Origin: Bdellovibrionota bacterium
GTDB lineage: Bacteria; Bdellovibrionota_C; UBA2361; CALJRW01
Direction of reading: 5' to 3'
DNA length: 64,000 nucleotides
Assembly: GCA_041740355.1 (NCBI GenBank)
Contig: JBGSMD010000046.1
Coordinates: 32,001 to 96,000 of the forward strand
In this document: one piece after another, positions 10,967 to 20,601 of the stretch
Layout: each line of letters starts with the position of its first letter
Position numbering within the stretch: the stretch's first letter is position 1
Notes under the pieces: generated by a model
The model's input: the letters and a program-made list of their open reading frames with translations, nothing else
Told to the model about the DNA's origin: nothing
Database searches by the model: none
Program-made: the position numbers and the translations under genes

Positions 10967-11953
10967 ATGAATAAGAAATTATTTCTAATTCTTCTTACTC
11001 TTGTTTCCATGGCAACTGTTGCCTGTAACAGTAGTAAAACAGATGAAAGTGGCGAGAGCGATTTATCATCAATTTTTGTATCGGATGATGGCAACACTGG
11101 TTCGATTGAGATCCGTTTGGATTCTAATGTAGTTCCAGTCGCCGGAACAGCAAACTTTCAAGTTACAGCAAAAGGAGCCGATGGGCAGTTAGTTGATAAC
11201 GTTAGAATCGTTTGTGATACCGAAAACGATCTCAGAATTATTGAGCCTAGTTCAGGATCTTTTTTCACCGCAAGTTTTGGTTCAGCCAGTGGCGTAATTG
11301 GTTGTGAAGATACTGGTAGCTTCTTATTTGCATGTGGACTTGGTGGTGCTCAAAGAAGCATGAGAGACACTGTTCTTATTAAGTGTGAAGGAACTCGACC
11401 AATTGGTTTTGCAGGCTTTCCTGGTTCTGCCGGTGGTGGACTTGGTAACGGGGTAACTGATGTTGGTAACGATGAAGAAGAAGACGAAGAAGGCTTTACT
11501 GTTCGTTTGACAGGCGTTGAATTCATTGAATTAGGCGGTTCAACAACATCAATTGATATCCAACAAGGTGGAGACTGTGATGGTGATAATACTACTAACG
11601 ATCCTGAACCATTTGGAGACGCATCGGTAAGATTCACTGTTAGCAATAGCACAGAACAGATCGTTCGTTATACATCTTACAGCTACGAAGTTTTAGATTT
11701 AAATGGAAGTGTTACACAAAGATCACCTGTCCTAAATCTAATCGGAGAGGCAGTCGGTGGTGGCGCAACTGGAACATTTAATGGTCTATTCGGATTTGCA
11801 GATAATGGACAGAAATTTGTACCAAGTGGATCACAGTTTAGTTCAGGTTTTAAAAACATTAGATTTACTCTATTTGGAACTCTTTCCGACGGAAGCCAGC
11901 AGAACATTACAGCTAGTCAAGCGGGTAGTTTTAATAATTTTGACAATTGCTAG
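10967..11953 (+). CDS. Hypothetical lipoprotein, probably with Ig-like domains
   Basis: Lipobox TVAC; AAGGA RBS; F.VTA...DGQ.V.NV.I Ig-like segment; Gly/acidic linker; several Cys. Confidence 0.75.
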   Translation: MNKKLFLILLTLVSMATVACNSSKTDESGESDLSSIFVSDDGNTGSIEIRLDSNVVPVAGTANFQVTAKGADGQLVDNVRIVCDTENDLRIIEPSSGSFFTASFGSASGVIGCEDTGSFLFACGLGGAQRSMRDTVLIKCEGTRPIGFAGFPGSAGGGLGNGVTDVGNDEEEDEEGFTVRLTGVEFIELGGSTTSIDIQQGGDCDGDNTTNDPEPFGDASVRFTVSNSTEQIVRYTSYSYEVLDLNGSVTQRSPVLNLIGEAVGGGATGTFNGLFGFADNGQKFVPSGSQFSSGFKNIRFTLFGTLSDGSQQNITASQAGSFNNFDNC

Positions 11954-11991
11954 CCTAGCTTGAGTTTTAAGCTAAATTAACCTATAAAAAT

Positions 11992-12021
11992 AAGCCGTTT
12001 CAACACGGCTTTTTTTATTTT
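11992..12021 (+). terminator. Intrinsic terminator ending the pilQ-lipoprotein unit
   Basis: AAGCCGT-ttcaac-ACGGCTT hairpin followed by a T-run. Confidence 0.75.
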
Positions 12022-12033
12022 CAATCTCAAACA

Positions 12034-12516
12034 ATGAACCTTAAAGACTTACAAAAGATAATTGATATCTTAAAAGAGAGCGATGTTAATGAGTTTCACC
12101 TTGAAGAAGAAGGAACATCCATTAAATTAATTAGAGGCACGTCATTTGCACAGCAACCTCAACTACAAATGCAAAATTTTGCTCCGCAATACGCGCAGCA
12201 ACAACAAATTCCAACTAGTGTTACTGTTAACGTTCCAGTTAATGCTGCACCGGAAGCTCCAAAAGAAGATGAAGGCATGTTTAAAGTGGAGTCTCCGATC
12301 GTCGGAACATTCTACCGAAAATCTTCTCCCGACTCTCCTGCCTTTGTTGATGTTGGTAAGGTAGTTAAAAAGGGTGAGAAGCTTTGCATCATCGAAGCAA
12401 TGAAATTGATGAATGAAATTGATGCCCCAATTTCAGGAACTATTGAAAAGATATTGGTACAAGATGCCCAAGTTGTAGAATTTGGAGAACCACTCTTCTT
12501 AATTCGTCCTTCATAA
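12034..12516 (+). CDS. accB: Biotin carboxyl carrier protein of acetyl-CoA carboxylase
   Basis: SPIVGTFY and EAMKLMNEI biotinylation motif; directly upstream of accC. Confidence 0.97.
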   Translation: MNLKDLQKIIDILKESDVNEFHLEEEGTSIKLIRGTSFAQQPQLQMQNFAPQYAQQQQIPTSVTVNVPVNAAPEAPKEDEGMFKVESPIVGTFYRKSSPDSPAFVDVGKVVKKGEKLCIIEAMKLMNEIDAPISGTIEKILVQDAQVVEFGEPLFLIRPS

Positions 12517-12535
12517 TCTGATCAAGCTAAATAAT

Positions 12536-13900
12536 ATGTCTGAACCACTTAAGTTTAATAAAATCTTAATAGCAAACCGTGGAGAAATTGCCCTCCGAGT
12601 AATTCGTGCCTGCCATGAATTAGGAATTAAAACAGTAGCCATTCACTCCACAGCAGATGTTGAAGCATTACACGTTAAGCTCGCTACAGAATCAATTTGT
12701 GTCGGTCCGGCTTCAGCTAAGCTTAGTTATTTAAATATCCCTTCTGTAGTTTCAGCAGCTGTAGCAACTGGTGCTGATGCCATTCACCCTGGGTATGGAT
12801 TTTTAAGTGAAAACTCCAAATTTGCCGAAGTTTGCGCATCTTGTGGCATAACCTTTATTGGTCCAAATGTTAAAAACATGCGAATGATGGGTGACAAGGC
12901 TCGGGCTCGTAGGGCTGCCGAAAAAGCTGGAGTTCCAACCATTCCAGGAATAAGTGAAGGTTTAATTGATTCTAAAGCAGCACTTCCAATCGCAGAGGAA
13001 ATTGGATATCCGGTACTATTAAAAAGCTGTGCTGGTGGTGGTGGGCGTGGCATGAAGATCGTTCATAACTCTGATGAGTTTGATAACCTATTTAATACGG
13101 CAGCACGAGAAGTAGAAGCTGCCTTTGGCGATCCAAGCTTAATCATCGAAAAGTTTTTACCACGAGTAAGGCATATTGAAGTTCAAATTGCTGGTGATAA
13201 ACAAGGTAATGTTGTTCATTTAGGGATTCGCGATTGTTCGATGCAACGTCGCTATCAAAAACTTGTTGAGGAATCTCCTTCGATTGGATTATCCCAAGAA
13301 CTTCAAGAGCAGATTCAAAATGCTGCTGTGGAATTGGGACGTTCTGCCAACTACACAAATGTAGGTACAGTAGAATTCTTAGCGGATCTAGAAGCTAATC
13401 GCTTCTATTTCATTGAGATGAATACAAGATTACAAGTTGAACATCCAGTAACTGAGATGGCGACCGGAATTGACTTGGTCAAGGAACAGATTAGCTTAGC
13501 TGCAGGTAACCCATTAAGTAAGACGCAAGAACAGATTCAATCTACAGGTCATACTATTGAAGTCCGAATTAATGCCGAAGATTCCAGAACTTATGTTCCC
13601 TCACCTGGGAAGATCACCAGCTTTCATGCCCCAGGAGGTTTCGGAGTGCGTGTTGATTCTGCAATTTATCACGGATATGTGGTGCAACCTCACTATGATT
13701 CCATGATTGCCAAGTTAATTGTTAAAGCTGATACCAGAGAGAAATGTATAAATAAAGCTTTAGTAGCACTTGATGAGTTTATTATCGAAGGCATTAAAAC
13801 TAATATAGAAATGCAAAGAAGGATTCTGATGAATGCCGATTTTCGTAGCGGGAATTTCTATACCAAATATTTAGATAACGTTGATTTATTTGCTAGTTAG
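12536..13900 (+). CDS. accC: Biotin carboxylase
   Basis: ILIANRGEIA, HPGYGFLSEN, GGGGRGM, EMNTRLQVEHPVTE, YDSMIAKLIV. Confidence 0.98.
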   Translation: MSEPLKFNKILIANRGEIALRVIRACHELGIKTVAIHSTADVEALHVKLATESICVGPASAKLSYLNIPSVVSAAVATGADAIHPGYGFLSENSKFAEVCASCGITFIGPNVKNMRMMGDKARARRAAEKAGVPTIPGISEGLIDSKAALPIAEEIGYPVLLKSCAGGGGRGMKIVHNSDEFDNLFNTAAREVEAAFGDPSLIIEKFLPRVRHIEVQIAGDKQGNVVHLGIRDCSMQRRYQKLVEESPSIGLSQELQEQIQNAAVELGRSANYTNVGTVEFLADLEANRFYFIEMNTRLQVEHPVTEMATGIDLVKEQISLAAGNPLSKTQEQIQSTGHTIEVRINAEDSRTYVPSPGKITSFHAPGGFGVRVDSAIYHGYVVQPHYDSMIAKLIVKADTREKCINKALVALDEFIIEGIKTNIEMQRRILMNADFRSGNFYTKYLDNVDLFAS

Positions 13901-13907
13901 ATTACTA

Positions 13908-14933
13908 ATGAAAATTTCCAGCATTAGTATATTTATTCTCACTATACTTTCCGTATTTCCTTACTCCTTGACTCAAGCACAAACAGAGGACTTGAAATCA
14001 ACTATTCAAGTTGATACTAGTGACTATAGCTTTGGAAGCGTACTAGAAGGTGAGAAAATTAAAACAAGCTTCAACATCTCCAACACGGGGAATGCACCAC
14101 TAAATATTATTAATCTCATTCCAGGATGTGGCTGCCTGATTGCCAAGCTTGATTCGCAAGTTGTTGAACCTGGTGGAAACCTCCCGGTGTCTGTTGAGTT
14201 TGATACGCGTGGATTTATCGGCCAACAGTCACAACAACTTGCGATAAATACTGACAACTTAGAACAAAAACAGCTTGTCTTTACGATCCATGGTCAAGTG
14301 GAACCAGAGGTTATGATTGAACCTAATAGAATCTTTATTTCTCAAATTTCTGCAAAGGAATTAATCAAGTTGCCCACGATTAAGTTTAAAGTAACTGTTA
14401 ATTCCAAGAGTAAGGCAGAAATTACGGAGTTGCTTGATTTGAGTCAGCTGCTGGAAATTAGTGACTTACAGATAGCTCCTAAAAAGGCTACATTTTTAAC
14501 AAAGTATCTTACGCCCGAGAAACCTGGATTGTATCGAGATCGACTTTCGATTAATTTAAAAAATGCTAGTCGAAAGAATTATAACGTCCCTGTTTTTATT
14601 AAAGTTCAGGAGCCACTGGAAATTATTCCACCAGCATTATCATTTGGACTTTTAAAGCCAGGATCAGAGACAACAAAGATCTTAAAATTGAAGTTTCCTA
14701 AAGAAATGGGCTTAAAAATTACTGAGGTAAATTCGGAAAACTTGGCAATTTCAGCAATTGTGCAAACTGGAAAATCCAAGGATGATTCAATTAGTTTGCA
14801 GGTATCTATTGATCCGTCAGCAGTAAAAGAGAGTATTCTGACCGATTTAGTATTAACTACTAATCAGGAAGAACTCAAAGAGATTCGAGTTAATGTCTTT
14901 GCTACTGTTCCACCTAGGATTGAAGAGCCGTAG
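13908..14933 (+). CDS. Exported DUF1573/Ig-like domain protein
   Basis: Signal peptide; FG.V..G, N.GNAPL.I....PGCGC and VEPGG motifs. Confidence 0.75.
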   Translation: MKISSISIFILTILSVFPYSLTQAQTEDLKSTIQVDTSDYSFGSVLEGEKIKTSFNISNTGNAPLNIINLIPGCGCLIAKLDSQVVEPGGNLPVSVEFDTRGFIGQQSQQLAINTDNLEQKQLVFTIHGQVEPEVMIEPNRIFISQISAKELIKLPTIKFKVTVNSKSKAEITELLDLSQLLEISDLQIAPKKATFLTKYLTPEKPGLYRDRLSINLKNASRKNYNVPVFIKVQEPLEIIPPALSFGLLKPGSETTKILKLKFPKEMGLKITEVNSENLAISAIVQTGKSKDDSISLQVSIDPSAVKESILTDLVLTTNQEELKEIRVNVFATVPPRIEEP

Positions 14934-15044
14934 ATTGGGATTTAAGTTTTCTCGGTTTTTAAGTGGATGTATAGCGAGTCCCAAGAGGATTTCCGTTAAT
15001 GCAATTGTTTTTACGGCTAAAAAATAGCAAAGAGATTAATTATG

Positions 15045-15074
15045 TACCCAGCGATATTTAAATATCGCTGGGTA
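15045..15074. repeat. 30-bp perfect palindrome
   Basis: TACCCAGCGATATTTAAATATCGCTGGGTA equals its own reverse complement. Confidence 0.9.
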
Positions 15075-15153
15075 AAACATTATAACCAAATTAATCCCAA
15101 CGGGGGTCGATTCAAACACTGTATGAAGAATACGCTGGTGATTTAATATAGTT

Positions 15154-16812
15154 ATGTATTACTTGAAGAATTTAATTATTTTCATACTAATCGCCTGCAG
15201 TGCGAACTTGTCTTTTGCTGACAAAATTACGATTTTTAATTTAAGTTTTGAATATACTGTTGAGTCTGAGATTGATGCAGATCAGAAAGAAATTAAAATT
15301 GGAGATTATTCAAAAATAATCAAAATCAAAAATCTTCAAGAATTTTTAGTAGAGCATTACTTTTTAAATTCCAAAACTAGCTACTCCTTTTCTGAGATCT
15401 CGGAGTTTTTAAAGCAAGCTATTGCTGCTTCTGCTCAGCCGTTTGTTTTTTTAACGGTAAAAAAAATAAGCGGAGAAAGAGACTGGACTTACCAACAAGC
15501 TGCTGAATTGTTGGATCAACTAACTCCAGCCTTAGTTGCTGAAATTGCACGAAAAGATCAGTTTGAAATGACCTATGAATTAAGTAAGCGGACCAATACT
15601 GGAAAATACCTACTTTTAATTGCTCTTGAGCATTACTCTACTAATTTTTTAAATAATTGTTGCTCCAAACCTTTTGATTTAGTTCCGACTATTGCTTTTT
15701 ATTTAAAGCAACAATTAGCCAAAGGAAAGGCACCAATTGAAATAATTAATGATTTTTATCGTAAGAAGTCTACGGTTGTTAATAATGAAGAAATCAAAAC
15801 AATTGAAAAGATTATTTCTGATTTTATAGTTCTGGCACAATTAAATTCTAGCTTTCCCAAGACGTATCTGGCCTTAGCTGAGAAGCATCCCCAATATTTT
15901 GCTGAGTTAAAAGAATTTCTATTAACACTTCGGGAGCAAGCACTAGACAATGCTATTAATCTAAAGAACTTCCAAATAGCCTTTGATTTATTACTTCTTC
16001 AGGATGTTAATGAAAGAACAGAAACTACTCACCAACTAGTAAATCAATTATTGAAGAATATTGATTTAGGATTTGCCCCGCTTTTAATCATTGATCCCTA
16101 CAAGTCATACATTAGCGCAATTGCAGAAAAAGATTTCCAAGTTAAGGAAACCTTCATTGCGAAGTTGGAAGAGATTATTACTAGCCTTGTATTAAGTGGA
16201 AAGACCTTTGAGGCTAAGGAATATTTAGCAGAAGTATTTAATTATCGAGTTAATCCCAATAGTGATAATACAAATTTAATTTTTATCCTAGTTAAGGAGT
16301 TTGATAAGAAGAATCTAAGAGATCAAGTTTATTTACTGCGCGATACTTATCAGTCAAGTTATTCATTGAAGCAGAAATTTTGGTTTTTTAAAAACGGCTA
16401 CTACTTTAGCTTGCTTTTTGTTTGGGGATTTATTGGACTCTTGATCGGATTCTTTGTCTTAGTATATTTAAAGATAATTAAGATTGATAAGTTTAGAGAG
16501 GCAATCAAGAAATCCTTAAAAGAGGTTATTAATTTAAAAACTATTAAACCTAAGGATCCAGCGACTGAATTTAGCCAAAAATTTGATCAATTAAACAGTG
16601 ATCGTCAAAAGTATAAATCGATGCTCAAGTACTTTGAGATGAATGAGAAATGCACCTTGGAGCAAATTAAGAGTAATTATCGTAAAAAAATAAAAGCGTA
16701 TCATCCCGATCTTAACCCCACTCAAACTGAATTGGATAGGTTAAAGTTTTTGGAGATTACAGAGCGTTATGAGGAGCTTCTAGGTCTATACTCTCGCTTT
16801 GGCCCGAAGTAG
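15154..16812 (+). CDS. Membrane protein with a C-terminal DnaJ (J) domain
   Basis: Signal peptide, long helical region, one TM, then IKSNYRKKIKAYHPD...F.EITE.YE.L J-domain. Confidence 0.8.
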   Translation: MYYLKNLIIFILIACSANLSFADKITIFNLSFEYTVESEIDADQKEIKIGDYSKIIKIKNLQEFLVEHYFLNSKTSYSFSEISEFLKQAIAASAQPFVFLTVKKISGERDWTYQQAAELLDQLTPALVAEIARKDQFEMTYELSKRTNTGKYLLLIALEHYSTNFLNNCCSKPFDLVPTIAFYLKQQLAKGKAPIEIINDFYRKKSTVVNNEEIKTIEKIISDFIVLAQLNSSFPKTYLALAEKHPQYFAELKEFLLTLREQALDNAINLKNFQIAFDLLLLQDVNERTETTHQLVNQLLKNIDLGFAPLLIIDPYKSYISAIAEKDFQVKETFIAKLEEIITSLVLSGKTFEAKEYLAEVFNYRVNPNSDNTNLIFILVKEFDKKNLRDQVYLLRDTYQSSYSLKQKFWFFKNGYYFSLLFVWGFIGLLIGFFVLVYLKIIKIDKFREAIKKSLKEVINLKTIKPKDPATEFSQKFDQLNSDRQKYKSMLKYFEMNEKCTLEQIKSNYRKKIKAYHPDLNPTQTELDRLKFLEITERYEELLGLYSRFGPK

Positions 16813-17073
16813 CTCTCGGTTTCTTAACCTGTTAGTCATATTTAACGGCTCTAAACTGTAAACTTTTCTAGGAGCTAACAGTATGCCCCTCCAGATTTGT
16901 TGCTGTTTATTGCCGAGTGACTTGTCTTGAAGTTTTAAATTATTCATGCCAATTACATTGCAAAAAGCATGCCAGCAAGAATATGAGTTTTACACTAGAA
17001 AACTGTTGCTGACCTGTAGATAATTTAATCACCCCCTGTTGAGTTTTTCAGCAAGTAAAGCTACTCTCACTTT

Positions 17074-17157
17074 GGGCGAAGCGCGAGGTAGCTTGCGAAA
17101 CTGGTCAGATTCGGAAGGAAGCAGCCATAAGCGAATCCTACTTGTGTTGCTTCGCCC
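17074..17157 (+). ncRNA. ffs: Small bacterial SRP RNA (4.5S)
   Basis: GGGCGAAGC...GCTTCGCCC long hairpin with the conserved GGTCAG-attc-GGAA-GGAAGCAGCC core; conserved position upstream of dnaX. Confidence 0.92.
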
Positions 17158-17201
17158 TCTTTCGCCAAGGCTTCAGCGGGTAAACCCGTTTTCTCCCCTT
17201 T

Positions 17202-17245
17202 TAACTTATTTTTAACAGGCATTCATGCCCGTTAAAAATAAGTTA
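17202..17245. repeat. Long hairpin between ffs and dnaX
   Basis: TAACTTATTTTTAAC / GTTAAAAATAAGTTA arms plus inner GGCAT/ATGCC. Confidence 0.7.
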
Positions 17246-17318
17246 TCACGCCATAGCACGCAGTGCGAAGGCGGATTGCATATAGTGTATAGATCTTTTC
17301 TTTTGTATAATCTTCCAC

Positions 17319-18974
17319 ATGTCCTATCTGGTAATTGCTCGTAAGTATCGCCCAGAAACATTCTCTGAAGTTAGTGGCCAAATTCATGTTACCAGAACAC
17401 TTGGCAATGCCATTAGCCGCAATAAAGTTGCGCATGCCTATCTTTTTTGTGGACCAAGAGGAGTTGGAAAAACTTCTATCGCTCGAATTTTTGCTAAATC
17501 CTTAAACTGTGAACAAGGACCAACTTCCACACCATGTCTAAAATGTAGTAATTGTTTAGAGATTAAAGCAGGCAAGAGTTTAGCAGTTAGAGAAATCGAC
17601 GGAGCCTCTCATAACAGCGTTGATGATGTTCGCGATTTAATTGATAACTTTCGTACTCTCCCTCCCCCCAATTCTAAAAATAAAATTTACATCATCGACG
17701 AAGTACACATGCTAAGTACTGCCGCATTTAATGCTTTACTCAAAAGCTTAGAAGAGCCACCACCAAACACAATTTTTATTTTAGCAACTACTGAGGCGCA
17801 TAAGATTCTACCTACAGTACTTTCACGTTGTCAGCGTTTTGACTTAAGAGCTCTACCAATTGATGAAGTACAGTCTTGCTTACAAGCTATTTGCCGTGAA
17901 GAGAAAGTAAAAATTTCCGGCGAATCTCTGCGGATGATTGCTCGACTTTCAGATGGCTCGCTGCGTGATGCACAATCGCTGTTGGAAAGAGTTCTAGCTT
18001 TTTCCAGTGAAGACGTGTCCTTAGATGATACTGCTTTAGCTCTTGGGACAGTAGGCAAAAATCAACTCTTGCTTCTTTCTCAAGCAATCTTTAATCGTGA
18101 TGTTGAAGCAGCGCTTGAAAAATTATCAGAAGTTTTTGCTACAGGCTTAGACTCTAGCTTATTTCTTAAGGAGTTTGTTACTCACTGGCACGAACTTTTA
18201 ATTGCAAAATTTGCAGGCAAAAAAGAACTGATGGCTTTGGGGATAGAAGAAGATTGCCAAAGCGAATTACTAAGACAGGTAGAACCAGTAGCCAAAAGCG
18301 ATCTACAAGATTTGGTTGATTTAGCTAGAAGGGGCGCGGACCAAGCACTACGAAGTTCTTACTTGAAATTTTCCTTAGAAAGCTTAATCGTTCGTTTAGC
18401 AACACGCATACCAGTATTAGATTTTGCTGAAGTTCTAAACAACCTGAGCGGCGGTGAGGCTCAAAAAAAAAAGCCTCTAGTATTAGCAGAAGTTAAGACT
18501 ACTCCAATTTCGAAAACACCGATCCGAGTTGCTACTCCAATAAAGCCAACTGCGCCCATTACATCTGCAGCAGTTGCTAGTAAGTCTGGTACTGAATTTG
18601 TTTGGAGAGATTTTCTTGACTATGTGAATAAGATTGCTCAGCCCGTAATGATGGAGAGCTTAAAAAGAATTTCCGTAGATCGTTTTGTATACCCGCAGCT
18701 TCAAGCAAGTGCTAATGACCTCAGCTTAAAGTATTTTAACATTCCCACCAATTTAGCTCGGCTTAAAGTAATCCTTAAGGATTTTACTAAGCTTGATGAA
18801 TGGCAAATTAAACTTAGCTTAGCTGAACAAGCAAACTACATTCCAGGAAGTGTTCATCATCAAGAAGCCAAAAGTCGCTTTAAGGATAAGCAAAATAGAA
18901 TCGCGGAAATTCTTGAAGATCCCAATGTTAAAGCAATGAAGGAATTATTTCCGGGTAGCGAAATTGATCGTTAG
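17319..18974 (+). CDS. dnaX: DNA polymerase III subunits tau/gamma
   Basis: ARKYRP, GPRGVGKTS, Zn-binding Cys, EIDGAS, DEVHML, SRC. Confidence 0.98.
   Translation: MSYLVIARKYRPETFSEVSGQIHVTRTLGNAISRNKVAHAYLFCGPRGVGKTSIARIFAKSLNCEQGPTSTPCLKCSNCLEIKAGKSLAVREIDGASHNSVDDVRDLIDNFRTLPPPNSKNKIYIIDEVHMLSTAAFNALLKSLEEPPPNTIFILATTEAHKILPTVLSRCQRFDLRALPIDEVQSCLQAICREEKVKISGESLRMIARLSDGSLRDAQSLLERVLAFSSEDVSLDDTALALGTVGKNQLLLLSQAIFNRDVEAALEKLSEVFATGLDSSLFLKEFVTHWHELLIAKFAGKKELMALGIEEDCQSELLRQVEPVAKSDLQDLVDLARRGADQALRSSYLKFSLESLIVRLATRIPVLDFAEVLNNLSGGEAQKKKPLVLAEVKTTPISKTPIRVATPIKPTAPITSAAVASKSGTEFVWRDFLDYVNKIAQPVMMESLKRISVDRFVYPQLQASANDLSLKYFNIPTNLARLKVILKDFTKLDEWQIKLSLAEQANYIPGSVHHQEAKSRFKDKQNRIAEILEDPNVKAMKELFPGSEIDR
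18453..18496 (+). promoter_or_regulatory. Probable programmed frameshift/slippage site in dnaX
   Basis: A10G run (18463-18473) preceded by SD-like GGTGAGG; stops follow closely in both shifted frames. Confidence 0.65.
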
Positions 18975-19109
18975 AATCGCTTCTTTTTTTCAATAAATTT
19001 ACCCCTATCTGCACTAGCCAAATCGATCCTTCGGTGCTAAATTTGCATACTGTAGTATGACAATTTTTCTTATGTCATATTTAAAAATTAATTTTTTTTG
19101 GTATTAGTT

Positions 19110-19457
19110 ATGAACAAAGGACGAGGCGGATTTCCAGGCGGTGGTGGTGGCGGAGTTGGTGATTTAATTAACCAAGCTAAGCAAATGCAAGCCAAATTAG
19201 AAAGTGCCCATGGTGAAGCACAACAATATTCGGAAGAAGGACAATCTGGTGGTGGAATGGTTAAGGTTGTAGCTAAAGGTGATAACAAGATTGTTAGCAT
19301 TACAATTAATCCAGAAGTACTAGATCCTAATGACGTGGAAATGTTACAAGATATGATCTTGGCTGCAACAAACGATGCTTTAACAAAAGTTCAAGCAAAA
19401 GTTCAAAGTGTATTAACAAACATTACTGGCGGAATGAGTATCCCAGGATTATTCTAA
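19110..19457 (+). CDS. ybaB: YbaB/EbfC nucleoid-associated protein
   Basis: QAKQMQ, GQSGGGMVKV, D.EMLQD.ILAA.NDA, GGMSIPGLF; between dnaX and recR. Confidence 0.95.
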   Translation: MNKGRGGFPGGGGGGVGDLINQAKQMQAKLESAHGEAQQYSEEGQSGGGMVKVVAKGDNKIVSITINPEVLDPNDVEMLQDMILAATNDALTKVQAKVQSVLTNITGGMSIPGLF

Positions 19458-19462
19458 ATCCG

Positions 19463-19568
19463 ATAGTGCTTAACGACTTAAATTGGGATAGTAAGTTTAA
19501 TCTTCTATCAGGATTCGCAATCTGTCAGACCTTTGGTCTGGCTGAAAGTTTTTAAGGTTAAGCACTAT
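19463..19568. mobile_element. ATAGT...ACTAT MITE-like element
   Basis: 12-bp terminal IR ATAGTGCTTAAC / GTTAAGCACTAT with internal hairpins (CAGACC-ttt-GGTCTG). Confidence 0.6.
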
Positions 19569-19648
19569 ATGTTATTGGCCTCGCCTTCGCTCGGCATAGA
19601 GTGCCTAAAGAAAGATTTTAATTTATATCGTTTGTTGCGATAGGCACT

Positions 19649-20245
19649 ATGCAGTATCTCCCTAAGTCATTACAACGTTTAATTTCTGAATTGAACAAAC
19701 TACCAAGCGTCGGCGGAAAATCCGCCGCTCGCTTGGCTTATCACCTAATTAATCATCCCCAAAACGCCGATGCTTTAGCTGCTGCCATGCGCGATGCCGC
19801 TGGGTCACTGCAACAATGTAAGCAATGTTATTTTATTACGGATGATCAGCTTTGCCTGATTTGCAAAAGCACTAATCGCGATCATTCCCTAGTATGTATT
19901 GTGGAAAAACCAGCTGATTTAATTGCTATTGAGCAAGCTGGTGTTTTTCGCGGATTTTATCACGTCCTCCATCAACTTTGGTCTCCGATACGCGGACAAG
20001 GATTAGATTCCATGCACCTTGCCGAACTAATTGAACGCAGTAAAAAAGAAGAAGTTACAGAAGTAATTATTGCCACAGGAGCAACTGTCGAAGGAGAAGC
20101 AACAGCTCTTTATCTTGCTAGATTATTAAATGATAGCGGCATCAGAGCAACGCGATTAGCTCAAGGCCTACCGAAGGGTGGAGATTTAGAATATCTTGAT
20201 GATGTCACTCTTTCTCGTGCGCTTTCTGGGCGTACAATAATATAG
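19649..20245 (+). CDS. recR: Recombination mediator RecR
   Basis: LPSVGGKSAARL HhH, C4 Zn finger, CIVE...D, EGEATA.Y, GG.LEY.D..TL. Confidence 0.96.
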   Translation: MQYLPKSLQRLISELNKLPSVGGKSAARLAYHLINHPQNADALAAAMRDAAGSLQQCKQCYFITDDQLCLICKSTNRDHSLVCIVEKPADLIAIEQAGVFRGFYHVLHQLWSPIRGQGLDSMHLAELIERSKKEEVTEVIIATGATVEGEATALYLARLLNDSGIRATRLAQGLPKGGDLEYLDDVTLSRALSGRTII

Positions 20246-20328
20246 CCTCTACATAATTTTATTGTAGGAAATTTAATTTAAGTCACTTAAATTACAAATA
20301 AATCTATCTATATTGTGCCTGCACTCTC

Positions 20329-20356
20329 TTGACTTTAATTTATTTTAAGGTAAATT
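20329..20356 (+). promoter_or_regulatory. Putative sigma70 promoter for tRNA-Asn
   Basis: TTGACT-16nt-TAAATT ending 16 nt before the tRNA. Confidence 0.5.
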
Positions 20357-20372
20357 TTCAGTCCACAACTAT

Positions 20373-20445
20373 TCCCCGGTAGCTCAGTTGGTAGAGCAGT
20401 TGACTGTTAATCAATTGGTCGTAGGTTCGAGTCCTTCCCGGGGAG
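20373..20445 (+). tRNA. tRNA-Asn(GTT), CCA not encoded
   Basis: Acceptor TCCCCGG/CCGGGGA, D-arm AGCTCAGTTGGTAGAGC, anticodon loop CTGTTAA, T-loop GGTTCGAGTCC. Confidence 0.97.
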
Positions 20446-20601
20446 TTTCCTTCTTTTCTAGTCAGAGACCTAATAATTTCACTATTATTTAAGATAAATT
20501 ATAGGAAGATTTTATGATAATTTTCTTATAGCTTTTAAATACTGAATCTGTTGAATTCAAACCATTGCGTGGCAGAAAGAAGCCTGGCTCTAATTTAAAA
20601 A

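Noticed and set aside
15095-15120. tRNA fragment or att site (GGGGGTCGATTC)
   Set aside because: Only a loose T-loop resemblance, no cloverleaf, and no match to the tRNA-Asn 3' end.
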